Below, one piece after another: positions 52,646 through 64,000 of a DNA stretch of 64,000 bases (within the stretch, counting starts at the first letter, position 1; every line of letters starts with the position of its first letter). Where the stretch lies: assembly GCA_951406725.2 (NCBI GenBank), contig OX597837.1:39308001-39372000 (forward strand). Direction: 5' to 3'. Made by a program: the position numbers and the translations under genes. The notes beneath the pieces are model-generated. The model did no database searches and had not been told where the DNA came from. It saw nothing but the letters and a program-made list of their open reading frames with translations. This DNA is from Octopus vulgaris (taxonomy: Eukaryota).

Positions 52646-53072
52646 GGATCTTTTCGGTTTGACCGGCAGTTTTTTTAAATAATTTCCACGTAACTAAACA
52701 CTTTTAAACTTCGTATACTGGTAGAATGTGTTTATAAAACATCTTTTTCTCTTGGCTTTATTGAGAAAATTCTATAGTTTGTAAGATATTTTTTGTTGTT
52801 TTTTCTTCAATTTCTGCAATTTCAACCAATCAATGACGTCTATTGAGGTGAAAACATTCTGTGCCGTATGAATATGTCCCTCGTTTAAGAAATAGATTGG
52901 GTTTATTTACATTTCTGAAGAAAAAAATATACCCTTCCCCCACCCCTAACTAACCCTAACTCTAACCCTAAAACAGATTCAAATGCAATAGATCGATACT
53001 AGGGTTATAATTATGGGTGACAATTTCATATGACACCGCTAGAAAAATCTGCCGTTCAAACCGAAAAGATCC
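52646..53072. mobile_element. MITE with GG-terminal TIRs of about 28 bp and an 8 bp TSD (Merlin-like)
   Basis: GGATCTTTTCGGTTTGACCGGCAG / CTGCCGTTCAAACCGAAAAGATCC; TSD ttatttcc / ttatcccc. Confidence 0.8.
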
Positions 53073-54581
53073 TTATCCCCAAAGCGAATCTATCAGATGT
53101 GGTTTAAATGGGTACCAGCAACGAAAAGTCTTGTTACGGGTAACTATTTTCGAGAGGCGGACCACATGTGACATGACTCCTCACCAGACAGGCTGCAGTT
53201 CTAAATAATCCGAGGTAATTTTTCGTTGGCGTGCCATTCAGATTGTCATGAGATTGTAGTTTGGTCTTTGACTATTCTGCTCATTTGGTGACTCAACTCG
53301 GAGATTGTCCGAGGAAAATGATCAAACATAAACTGAAAATTAAAGAAGCCAAGACAGAAAATAGAAGAGGCGAAACTACATGGCTTGATCTTACAATTTA
53401 TTAAAAGCTATTCATTTAGCAGAGATGCTATTTGTAACAACAGATCGGACGATTATGAAGTAATCTGGAACGAAAGTGAAAGAAGCGGATGTATAAAAAA
53501 AGTGAAATTATTTTGTCAAACGAAATACGAAACTAAGATTTGGTGCGAAGGTGTAACAGTATCAAGATTTTGACTTAAACGATATCAGACACAGTTGGAA
53601 TGTTGCATTTTTGCTTCTATTCCCTGACTAACAGCAGTATTTCTGTATAATATAACGATATCATTGATCTTTCTGTTTGGGAACATGGGATTGTTGGGGG
53701 TTTGGAAAAGAAAGTGAAGCTGAGAATGTACAAAAATATACTTGGATATCTAGAGATAGCGAAACGAACATGTAAATGCTTAAAAAATTATTAAAAGCCA
53801 TTGTGATATGTTCGTGTTTTCATTTTTCAACGACAACATTTAATTAACTTACGAAGGTTGCGGCATAGTAAATAAGACATTTCTGTATAAAATAGTAATT
53901 ACAAAACAAATTCAAATTTGTAACTCGGTTAAGTCTCTTCAGTTAACTTTCAAAATAATATCGTTTACTTTTTGAAATGAGTTATCAATTTTCAATTACT
54001 TTTTTGTATATCTTTTCTTTTATAAGAAATGCCTCATTTTCTACAATGCTACCTCCATTTATTAAGTTATGCCTTTGAAAAGTTAAACAAGAAACCATAA
54101 CGCTAACATTTACTAACTCACTTTTGAGCATTTTAGATATTCGTTTCGCTTACTCAAAAATAGCCAAGTTCACTTTTGTACATACCCCATTTCTAATCCT
54201 TCGCTTTTAGAACCATAAATGCGAAATAACATCGAAAACACGTCCTGTGTGGAGAAGAGGCATCGAATATTTACTTAAATATTTGTCCTCGGAGCTTAAG
54301 GGCCGAGTTTCGGATAGCTACCAATATCGTCTAGGGAAAGAATAGGATACAGAATTGGTCGTGATGGGAGTTTTCTTTATCTTGTTTTTTTTTTTCTTAG
54401 CGCATTCCGTTTTATAGGATGTTGTGATTATGGTTACTTAATTGCCATGGAAACCGGGTAACCGGCCTTTCGTGTCCTACGAGTGAAGACAACAGAAAAA
54501 AGAACAAACAAAAAAGGATTTCTACTGATTTTTTTTTTTTGCAAAAATTTCACTTCTGTTAATCCATACGATACAAAAATA

Positions 54582-54624
54582 GGCGTAACTTCGGTATACG
54601 TACCGGAAATATTTCAAGAAAGTG

Positions 54625-54682
<58 letters not shown>

Positions 54683-54776
54683 GGGGTAGGGGAGGGAGAA
54701 AAGGGTTTCTGTTATCTTCAGAAATGTAAACAAAACCACTTCCCTGTACTTACGGTACGTATACCGAAGGATCGCC
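54582..54776. mobile_element. MITE with GG-terminal TIRs and perfect 8 bp TSD CAAAAATA (Merlin-like); inverted copy at 58329-58475
   Basis: GGCGTAACTTCGGTATACGTACCG / CGGTACGTATACCGAAGGATCGCC. Confidence 0.8.
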
Positions 54777-55299
54777 CAAAAATATTTTTTAGATGGAAGT
54801 TCTGATCGGCGCGCAGACAGTTCTGTTGAGACTCGGTTATTTATCAACACAAGGAAAACACTCTAAAATAATTTTTATTTTCTCCCCACCAAGTCTCATT
54901 ATTCCTTTTTACCATTAGGAACACCAGGCAGTAGAGTTGCTCTTTCGTTATTTATTCTACACGATACAAAAGTACGTCTTAAGTAACAGTCTCGATAATT
55001 CCGCGTTTATTCTTAGGTCGGTCATTCTTAACACGGTTTACTCTTCAAAGCTGACACCGTGTGGCTGTCGTTTCAATTTCAAATCTTCAAAGAAAATTCG
55101 CCACAATTTTTTGTCTTTCTTCTTCGGCAGCGAATTTTTCAGTTTTTCAAGTGAGTTTCCCTTTTATTTTCAACCCCAGCCTTTAGGCATTTCTACGGTT
55201 TATTAATATTTAAGTATATTTCGATAATTTTAATTTATTCACCACAAACAACATAAAACTTATCAAGTTTCATTATTTCTTTGTCGCACAAAATGCTTT

Positions 55300-55712
55300 A
55301 CTCTTTCTATTCTTTTACTTGTTTCAGTCATTTGACTGCGGCCATGCTGGAGCACCGCCTTTTAATCGAGCAAATCGACCCCGGGACTTATTCTTTGTAA
55401 GCCCAGTACTTATTCTATCGGTCTCTTTTGCCGAACCGCTAAGTGACGGGGACGTAAACACACCAGCATCGGTTGTCAAACAATGCTAGGGGACAAACAC
55501 AGACACACTAACACACACACACACACACTTATATATATATATACATATATACGACAGGCTTCTTTCAGTTTCCGTCTACCAAATCCACTCACAAGGCATT
55601 GGTCGTCCCAGGGCTATAGTAGAAGACACTTGCCCAAGATGCCACGCAGTGGGACTGAACCCGGAACCATGTGGTTGGTTAGCAAGCTACTTACCACACA
55701 GCCACTCCTGCG
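55300..55712 (-). mobile_element. SINE B, full length, CpG-intact
   Basis: Family match; further - copies at 56555-56930, 58895-59225, 60297-60690 and 63445-63660. Confidence 0.9.
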
Positions 55713-55932
55713 CTTTGTTTCATTTTCATCCGTCTTTACGTTCTGTGTTCGAATTCTGTCGAGGTCGACTTCGCCTTTCATCCTCGGGGGGGGGGGGGGG
55801 TCGATAAAATAGGTACCAGTTGAGGTACTGAGGGAGTCAGGGGTCGATTACATCGACCTACCCCCCCTCTCCCAGAAACTTGTTGGCCTTGTACCAAAAT
55901 TTGAAACTAGTATTTCTTTACGTAACAAAGTT

Positions 55933-56177
55933 AGGTTACTACTAGCGAACAGTGGTCCCGGTGCGCGCACACGCATAGTCAGTCGCGCATCCGCGCTAGC
56001 TAGTCGTGACTAGTCGATCCTACAACGACTGCCTAGCAAATAAAACAAAATAATTTTTTTAAACAAAGTAAATAACACAAAAACACAAAGTAAGGATCGA
56101 CTAGTCATGACTAGCTGGCGCGGATACGCGACTGCACGTGTGCGCGAATCGGGACCACTGTTCTCAAGTAGTACCCA
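55933..56177. mobile_element. GC-rich long-TIR MITE; a right half also occurs at about 58476-58596
   Basis: gaacagtggtccc...ctagtcgtgactagtcgatcct / aggatcgactagtcatgactag...gggaccactgttc. Confidence 0.75.
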
Positions 56178-57075
56178 AAGCTACTAGCGCATCGGACAAA
56201 GTGCTTAGCGTTATTTCTTCCGGCCTTTTGCTTTCTGAGTTCAAATTCCACCGAGGTCAACTGCGGTCCATCTTTTTTAGGGTCGATAAAATAAGTACCA
56301 GATGAGCAATGGGGGTCGATGTAATCCACTATCTGCCTCTCCGTCCCAAATTCCAGGCCTTGTCCCAATCTCAGAAAGCATTACTGTTTATCATTGTTAT
56401 AAACTCGTCGAACAAAATGGTTAGTGGCATTTCGTCCGGTTCTTTACGTTCTGAGTTCAAATCCCGCCAAGGTCAACTTTTGTTCTTATCCTGTCAGGGT
56501 CTTTAAAAATTCAAGAACCAATTGAACATTGGGATCGATGTAATCGAAGGACTCCTTTCTTTTATTTGTTTCAGTCATTTGACTGTGGCCATGCTGGAGC
56601 ATCGCCTTTAATCGAGCAAATCGACCCTAGGACTTATTCGTTGTAAGCTTAGTACTTACTCTATCGGCCTCTCTAGCCGAACCGCTAAGTGACGGGGTCG
56701 TAAACACACCAGCATCGGTTATCAAACGATGTCGGGTGGGGGACAAACACAGATACACAAACATATATACGACGGGCTTCTTTTCAGTTTCCGTCTACCA
56801 AATCCACTCACAAGGGCCTGGTCGGCCCGAGGCTATAGTAGAAGACACTTCACCAAGGTGCCACGCAGTGGGACTGAACCCAGAACCATGTGGTTGGTAA
56901 GCAAGCTACTTACCACACAGCCACTCCTGCTATAGTTTTCTAAAAAATCGTTGTTGCATCGTGGGACAAAATGTTCAGTTAAGATTTCTTCATTTTTTAA
57001 AAATAAAATTAAACTACTAAAACGGAAAGATACCGGTTTCCACCCATGTGTTTTTCTAACGGACAAAGCTTCACG

Positions 57076-57195
57076 GTCCTACTCAATATAGAGGTCCCCG
57101 ATACATCTACGAAACGATATAAAGGGGAGGTATCCCTAAACACTAACTCGAACGAGTGGGCACTGTTCGGGACCTCTATATTTAAGTAGTGCCCA
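57076..57195. mobile_element. Small MITE
   Basis: ctactcaatatagaggtccc / gggacctctatatttaagtag. Confidence 0.6.
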
Positions 57196-57247
57196 GGTTC
57201 ATTCCACTGGTCAAAAATATATTTAAATGCATCTATCTTATTTATTA

Positions 57248-57634
57248 CTAGCAGTATTGCTCGGGTTTGTAAGGGAAATAACTATATAAGCATTTTTAGA
57301 GAGTTATAGCCAAAAAATAGGAAAAAAATGCATTAAAAATGGGGAAAAAAATGATGGTAATTTTTTTTTAAATCGTTGACTCATGGTAGACATTTTTAGA
57401 GAGTTACTTCCCTTATATAATAGCGAAAAAATGCATTAAAATGGAAAAAATGATGGTAAATTTTTTTAAAAATCGTCGACTCATCGTAGACACGCGCTAA
57501 TACACAGAATGGCTCGATATGAATCACGACTATAAGATACCCGGTTTTGGTTAAACTGCACCGCAAAATGTGGGAGTAGCTAGGAATCTAAATCGTAGGA
57601 GACAGACACACAACTTCTCTTTTATATATAAAGA
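57248..57634 (-). mobile_element. Non-autonomous Helitron (3' hairpin partly deleted)
   Basis: Same family as 22809-23212. Confidence 0.8.
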
Positions 57635-58030
57635 TTAGTTTTTTGAAAAACATAAATGCGGTATTCATCCTTTGCACACAAAACTACTATTGGTGGGGAA
57701 AACTGTAAACGAGCCATTGAGAACTGAAAAATCTTCAAGTGTTTTTTGTACGTTCTCAGTTCAAATCCCGCCGTGGTCAACTTTGCCTTTTACCCTTCCT
57801 GGTTCCTTAAAATAAAGTAGCAACTATTTCCCCTCAAATTTTCTGGTCTTGTTTCAAGATAAAAACCATAATTTTAATGACCCTCTGCCTTTCATACTTT
57901 CGGGGTCGATTAAATAAAGTACCAAGTGAAGTACTGGACGACCACCTCCTCCATAAAAACTGTTGCCTTTTTTTTCAAAAACTCTCAGGTGGAATCGTTA
58001 GTGCATAAGACTAAATACTTAGTGGCATTT

Positions 58031-58134
58031 TGGCAGAGGTAAAGAATACGCGCACCACCCGTTTTCGGCATTTAGAGTTAAGGTTAGGGTTACGCCGAAA
58101 AGGAATGGTGTGCGAATTTTTTTTTACCTCCGCC
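58031..58134. mobile_element. Small GG-terminal MITE inserted into a SINE A
   Basis: ggcagaggtaaa...gcaccacc..ttttcggc / gccgaaaa..tggtgtgc...tttacctccgcc; TSD-like ggcatttt / ggcattcc. Confidence 0.6.
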
Positions 58135-59253
58135 GGCATTCCGAGTTCAAATCCCGTCGAAGTCAACTTTGTCTTTCAGCCGGGGTCATTAACATAGAAT
58201 ACCTATCAAGTACTGGGGTCGAAATAATCGACTTTTCCCTCCGATAACATTACTGGTCGTGTGTCAAAATTTGAAACAATAATAATAATAATAATAATTA
58301 TTATTATTATTATTGAATGAGAGAGCAGGGCGATCCTTCGGTATAGGTACACACGTGACGTTTTTTACATTTCTGAAAATAAGAGAAACCCTTTTCACCC
58401 AACCCTACCCCCCATATATAAAAAAAAACCGACGCTTTCTTGAAATGTATCCGGTACTTATACCGAAGTTACGCCATAATTTTTTTAAACAAAGTAAATA
58501 AAACACAAAAATACAAAGTAAGGATCGACTAGTCACGACTAGCTGGCGCGGATACCCGAGTGAGCGCACCTGGACCACTCTTCTTAAATAGTACCCATTT
58601 TTACAGCACCACAGCTGCAATTGGTAGTTATTTCTAGCTTTTCGTATATCATTACAGTTATTTCTAGCATTATGTATGCGTGTGTGTCTTGTGCTCACAT
58701 GTATATCTAATACACGTGGGGGTGTTTTCGTGGTCATTTCTCGTTATGTTGGACTGTAGTCGCTTGTGAAAGCCAGGGTAACGCTTTAAAGGAGTCTACG
58801 AATAGGTTATGCAGAGTTACCTCTCTTTGAATGTGAATCTGGAGTAGCGATGAAACAACGTCACGGAATGACATGACATTTTTTTTTTTATTTGTTTTAG
58901 TCATTTGACATGCGACCATGCTGGAGCACCGCCTTTAGTCGAGCAAATCGATTCTTTGTAAGCCTAGTACTTATTGTATCGGTCTCTGATGCCGAACCGC
59001 TAAGTGACGGGGACGTAAACACACCAGTTGTCAAGCGATGCTGGGGGGACAAACATATACATGCATATATACACGACGAGCTTCTTTCAGTTTCCGTCAA
59101 CCAAATCCACTCAAGGCTTTGGTTGGCCCGAGGCTATAGTAGAAGACATTTGGCCAATATGCCACGCAGTGGGTCTGAACCTGGAACCGTTGGTAAGCAA
59201 GTTACTTACCACACAGCCACTCCTGAGCCTGACATGAATGATATAAAAATATA

Positions 59254-59650
59254 TCTCTCTATATAAAGCTGAAGTTGTTTGTGTATGGCAGGTTTGGTAG
59301 CCTTCAACTAACACTATCTCCTCCGAGACCCTGCGGCGCAAGTTGACCAAAATTGAGAGTATGATAGAAGAAGGCTTGCCCTTCCTTCCGTAGAAGAAAA
59401 AATTCAAATCCGACCATGCTAACACCAAAAAATATTTACATCAAAAAGGTGCTTTTTTTCTATGAAAATCCCTATTTTTTAACGAATCTTTTACAGCTGT
59501 GTCGGCATTTTTCGGTGTATTTCAACCAGAAAAATGTTCACTTAAAGAGAATAACAAGCTATATAATGCAACATTTTTACTTCTCAAAAATTCCAATTCT
59601 AAAGGGTCGAAAAGAAAACAAACCCGAGCAACGCTGGGCGATACTGCTAG
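59254..59650 (+). mobile_element. Non-autonomous Helitron, different internal sequence
   Basis: A|TC...CCCGAGCAACGCTGGGCGATACTGCTAG|T. Confidence 0.75.
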
Positions 59651-60937
59651 TATCTTTATAACCCCCACATAAATATGTACGTAAATGCAGATGCACGAGA
59701 ATATATTGGAACAAGGTTTTCCACGGTTTGATGCTCTTCACAACGCTTCCCTCTTCGACCAAGGGAGGTAATAATCGCCCAATCAAACAGCAAACCGCCT
59801 GGACATGTTTTGTGGGGGGAAAGTGGAAACCAATGACACCGAAACAAAGATCGGGCAACATGTCAACCTCGCCAGGCACGTAAAAATCACCCACAACACT
59901 CTGAGTGGTTGGTGTTAGGAAGGGCTTCCAGCTGTAGAAAACTGCCAGATCACACTAGAGCCTGGTGCAGCCTCCTGGTTTCCCAGACCCCGGTCAAACC
60001 GTCCAACCCATGCCAGCATGTAAAACGGACGTTAAACAATGATGATGGTGATGATGATCATGTGCACATGTCTGCCCTTGTCATGAGATTAAATGATTGT
60101 TATAAGAAAGCATCTGTGTCATAAAGGCAATGTCCTTAATTTGCAATCTTCTGTGAAAACATGTCTGGCCTGGCTTGAAAAAAGGTGAGGGTTGATGACA
60201 GCAAAGGTTTCTGGCCGTAGAAAATCCGCATCGATAAATTCCATTGGACAAATGCATGGGAAAGTGAACATTAAATCATGATATGTGTATACTCTCTCTT
60301 TTACTCTTTTACTTATTTTCAGTCATTTGACTGTGGCCATGCTGGAACACTGCCTTTAGTCAAGCAAATCAACCCCAGGACTTATTCTTTGCAAGCCTAG
60401 TACTTATTCTATCTGTCTTTTTTTGCTGAACCGCTAAGTTACGGGGACGTAAACACACCAGCATTGGTTGTCAAGCGATGCTGAGGGGACAAACAGACAC
60501 AAACACACACACACACATATATATACGACAGGCTTCTTTCAGTTACCATCTACCAAATCCACTCACAAGGATTTGGTTGACCCGAGGCTATAGCAGAAGA
60601 CACTTGCCCAAGGTGCCACGTAGTGGGACTGAACCCCGAACCATGTGGTTGGAAAGCAAGCTACTTACCATACAGCCACTCCTGCACCTATGTGTGTATA
60701 AATATGTGTGTTTGTGTGTGTGGTGTTGTGTAAAATCAGCCATACACTCTGTAAAGTGGTTGGCACTAGGAAGGTCATCCAGCTATAGAAACCAAGCCAA
60801 AACAGACACGGACCCTGGTCAGCCCTTCAGCCGGTCAGTTCTTGTCAAACCGTCCAACCCATGCCAGCATGGAAAAACAGACGTTTAATGATGATGGTGA
60901 TGATATACAAAGGAAACGTTAGCACGCCGGGCGAAAA

Positions 60938-61157
60938 AGGCGGCGAGCTGGCAGAATCGTTAGCACGCCGGGCGAAATGCGTAGCTGTTACGTTCTGAGT
61001 TCAAATCCCGCCGAGGTCGACTTTGCCTTTCATCCTTTCGGGTTCGATAAATTAAGTACCAGTTACGTACTGGGGTCGATGTAATTGACTCAATCCGTTA
61101 GTCTGTCCTTGTTTGTCCCCTCTATGTTCAGCCCCTTGTGGGTAATAAAGAAAGATA
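60938..61157 (+). mobile_element. SINE A, near-consensus copy
   Basis: Intact head, core and ...GCCCCTTGTGGGTAATAAAGAAA tail. Confidence 0.9.
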
Positions 61158-61269
61158 TATTCAAAGGAATTATTGTTTTCCCTTTTGTGGTTCTGAATCT
61201 GTTCTTTCATTTTGTGTTGTTTTTTTTGTCTTTTTTTTTTCTACAGGTTCCACACATTTAACTGCTTCA

Positions 61270-61413
61270 ATGGAAATCACAACTGACCACAATTCGTCAA
61301 TTTCTCCTGATTATACCGTACCAATTATCAATGTTCATGCTGACAACTTCAAATCCTTATGGCCATCCATACTTCTTGCTGTCAGAGGATCCACGTTCCT
61401 TGCACTCGACACT
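61270..61413 (+). CDS. TOE1: Target of EGR1 protein 1 (CAF1/PARN-family DEDD deadenylase), first coding exon (exon begins at 61247; gene continues beyond the window)
   Basis: VPIINVHADNFKSLWPSILLAVRGSTFLALDT resembles human TOE1 [32 protein letters not shown](E) as recalled; acceptor ttttctacag, donor gtaagc; the ATG choice is inferred. Confidence 0.88.
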
Positions 61414-61498
61414 GTAAGCATTCCCTGATGTCTCTATCACTTCTGTCAGCTTCAGTTTGGAAACAACTGGGTCTGTTCTTTATATTTTGTTAGCGAAA

Positions 61499-62165
61499 TC
61501 GATCAAAAATCAAATGGAAATTGTAGTTGTGATACCAGTGCTGGTGGCACGTAAAAGAACCATCCGAACGTGGCCGTTGCCAGCGCTGCCTCGACTGGCC
61601 TCCATGCCGGTGGCACGTAAAAAGCACCAACTGATCGTGGCCGTTTGCCAGCCTCGCCTGACACCTGTACCGGTAGCACGTAAAAGAACCATTCGAACGT
61701 GGCTGTTGCCAGCGCCACCTCGACTGGCCTCTATGCCGGTGGCACGTAAAAAGCACCGATCAAAAATCAATGGAAATTGTAGTTGTGATACCAGTGCCGG
61801 TGGCACATAAAAGAACCATCCGAATGTGGCCATTGCCAGCGTCGCCTCGACTGGCCTCCGTGCTGGTGGCACGTAAAAGAACCATTCGAACGTGGCCGTT
61901 GCCAGCACCGCCTCGTCTGGCCTCCCTGCCGGTGGCATGTAAAAAGCACCATCCAATCATGGATGTTGCCAGCCTCGCCTGGCACGTAAAATGCACCCAC
62001 TACACTCACGGAGTGGTTAGCGTTAGGAAGGGCATCCAGCTGTAGAAACACTGCCAGATCAGACTGGGCCTGGTGCAGCCTCCTGGCTTCCCAGACCCCA
62101 GTCGAACCGTCCAACCCATGCTAGCATGGAAAGCGGAGGTTAAACGATGATGATGATGAGGAAGA
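61499..62165 (+). mobile_element. RTE-type 3'UTR fragment with an internal tandem array of about 61 bp units, (GAT)n tail
   Basis: GCCGGTGGCACGTAAAA(G/A) repeated about 8 times; 258 bp duplication (61499/61757); tail matches 21490-21632. Confidence 0.75.
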
Positions 62166-62429
62166 TGATTATTATTATTATTATTATTTTTTTTGCTTCT
62201 GAATTACGATTCCATTGCATACATGGCACATTGGTCATGTGTATTGTTCCACAATCCTTCATTGACAAATGCTCCTTCTATAGAATTTAATAGATTTGGG
62301 AGGGTAGTGGAGATAGGTGAGAGAGACAAAGTGTAGGGATCATAACTGATTGAGGGTACATCGAAAGTACCCTTGATTCAGAAACAAATGTTGCATTCTC
62401 TCAATTAGGAATTTGAAACCTGAATCCAT

Positions 62430-62578
62430 CTTTTTACATCATCCAAGGAATTGCAATTTTTACCATTAAGACTATTCTGCAGAGACCTGAATAAGTGGAA
62501 ATCCGAAGGAGCAATATCTGGTGAATATGGGGGGTGGGGTAACACATCCCAGCCGAGCCGCAGCAATTTTTGTCTTGT
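62430..62578 (-). mobile_element. Mariner transposase fragment
   Basis: Minus strand RQKLLRLGWDVLPHPPYSPDIAPSDFHLFRSLQNSLNGK (YSPDLAPSD motif). Confidence 0.85.
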
Positions 62579-62904
62579 TCCCGAAGCATCAAGTGCCGAA
62601 AAGGAACTTTCTTATTTTCCCTTTTTAAAGGGTTACAGAATTAACACAGGTTATAGGAACATAAACCTTCTTCCACGAAAAGATAGCTTAAACTGTGCTC
62701 TAAATGAAGGTGTAGTCAAATCCTATTTTATGGACTCAACCATATTCTAAAATAAGCCGAAAGGTAAGCTACTATAAATCGGCATGAACTTTCCGGACAA
62801 CCGAATATTTTTCCCCATCTCTGTATAACTTGCTTCATCCTGATTGTCTCCCATCCATGATGTATTCTGTACCTGCAACAGCCAGTCCTTTTGTCTACGC
62901 ACAT

Positions 62905-63121
62905 GTATTTATTTCTTTACTGCCCACAAGGGGCTAAACATAGAGGGGACAGACAAAGGGATTAAGTCAATTACATCGACCCCAGTGCGAAACTGGTACT
63001 TTATTTTTCGACCCCGAAAGGATGAAAGGCAAAGTCGACCTCGGCGGAATTTGAACTCAGAACGTAACGACAGACGAAATACGGCTACGCATTTCGCCCG
63101 GTGTGCTAATGTTTCTGCCAG
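62905..63121 (-). mobile_element. SINE A
   Basis: Family match. Confidence 0.85.
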
Positions 63122-63888
63122 TTATCTAATATTTACACTTTTGGCAAACAAGAGACTGATCTCGAATGCCTTTCCAGTTTCACCTCTGAACATCAAGGAA
63201 GCAAATCCTAGCTCCTGGTGGCTTCTTTTTCCAAAAACCATGTCAAAAGCTAACAGAACAGACCCCTGCCTGGTCTGTAGTGAGTTAGGTTTTATCTTTC
63301 TCATGAAAATATACTGTCTGTGTGTCACCATTATACAATACCTGTTTGTGTTGCTTCATTATCAACCTCAGCGTAATTAAAGGGAGGATGGAAAAGAATG
63401 AACATCACAAAATCTCATTTGCCGTAACTCCTATAAATCGATTCTTTTATTCTTTTACTTGTTTCAGTCATTTGACTGCGGCCATGCTGGAGTACTGCCT
63501 TTAGTCGAACAAATTGACCCCCAGGACTTATTCTTTGTGAGCCTGGTACTTATTCTATCAGTCTCTTTTCTCAAACCGCTAAGTTATGGGGGTGTAAACA
63601 CACCAACATCAGCTGTCAAGCGATCGTAGGGGGGACAAACATAAACACACACATACACACACACACACATATAATTGCAGCGTGGAAGGTGGTTATAAGC
63701 CATTTAAGAAACACACAAAAACCGTTAGATTCACTTCAACATTTAAATTTAATTTGCCAAAATATTTTCGTTGCTTTGAGACTGCGACCTGATCACTGAC
63801 AAATTTCCATGCTGTATATATATGAGTCGTCATGATAGATCGTTACCCACTACACACATTTTTTTCTCTCCTTGTTTTTTCTGTGTCC

Positions 63889-63924
63889 CTTTCTGTAGAA
63901 GAGCGTAGGCTCGAAACGTAAAAG
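63889..63924 (+). ncRNA. Minimal hammerhead-like motif (CUGUAGA core) in a Penelope-type repeat running to the window end
   Basis: cttt-CTGTAGA-agagc gtag gctc-GAAA-cg-TA-aaag; same family as 17316-17470. Confidence 0.6.
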
Positions 63925-64000
63925 ACTTTTTCTATTCCTGAGCGTTATACTAATACATATGTTTGTTTTGTACACCACCTGTCTTCGTCTTTTGTTTTTT

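Noticed and set aside
52940-52972. Telomere-like CCCTAA repeats (also TTAGGG-like at about 58073-58091)
   Set aside because: Only 3-4 degenerate units, internal to MITEs; not an interstitial telomere

Overview
Eukaryotic, repeat-saturated, AT-rich DNA, almost certainly from a coleoid cephalopod (Octopus-like, inferred from the tRNA-derived SINE families and the dense (TA)n/(CA)n/(TTA)n microsatellites). Nearly all ORFs in the supplied track are artefacts of microsatellites or SINEs. The real coding content is three small + strand exons. Two are the last coding exons of an unidentified single-pass membrane protein (TM exon 13116-13218, tail and stop exon 25428-25470, probable 3'UTR exon from about 28500). 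The third is the first coding exon of TOE1 (61270-61413). The rest is mobile DNA: three or more SINE families (including head-to-tail 'trains'), RTE, CR1 and Tx1-like LINE fossils, a decayed Penelope-like RT, non-autonomous Helitrons, and piggyBac-, mariner-, hAT- and Merlin-like MITEs. The most interesting hidden layer is a dispersed set of type-I hammerhead ribozyme motifs, several inside (TA)n-flanked fold-back elements and some with non-canonical cores. There are also two higher-order tandem arrays. I found no novel protein-encoded system. Repeat boundaries were read by eye and are approximate (about 10-20 bp) unless TSDs or termini are quoted.
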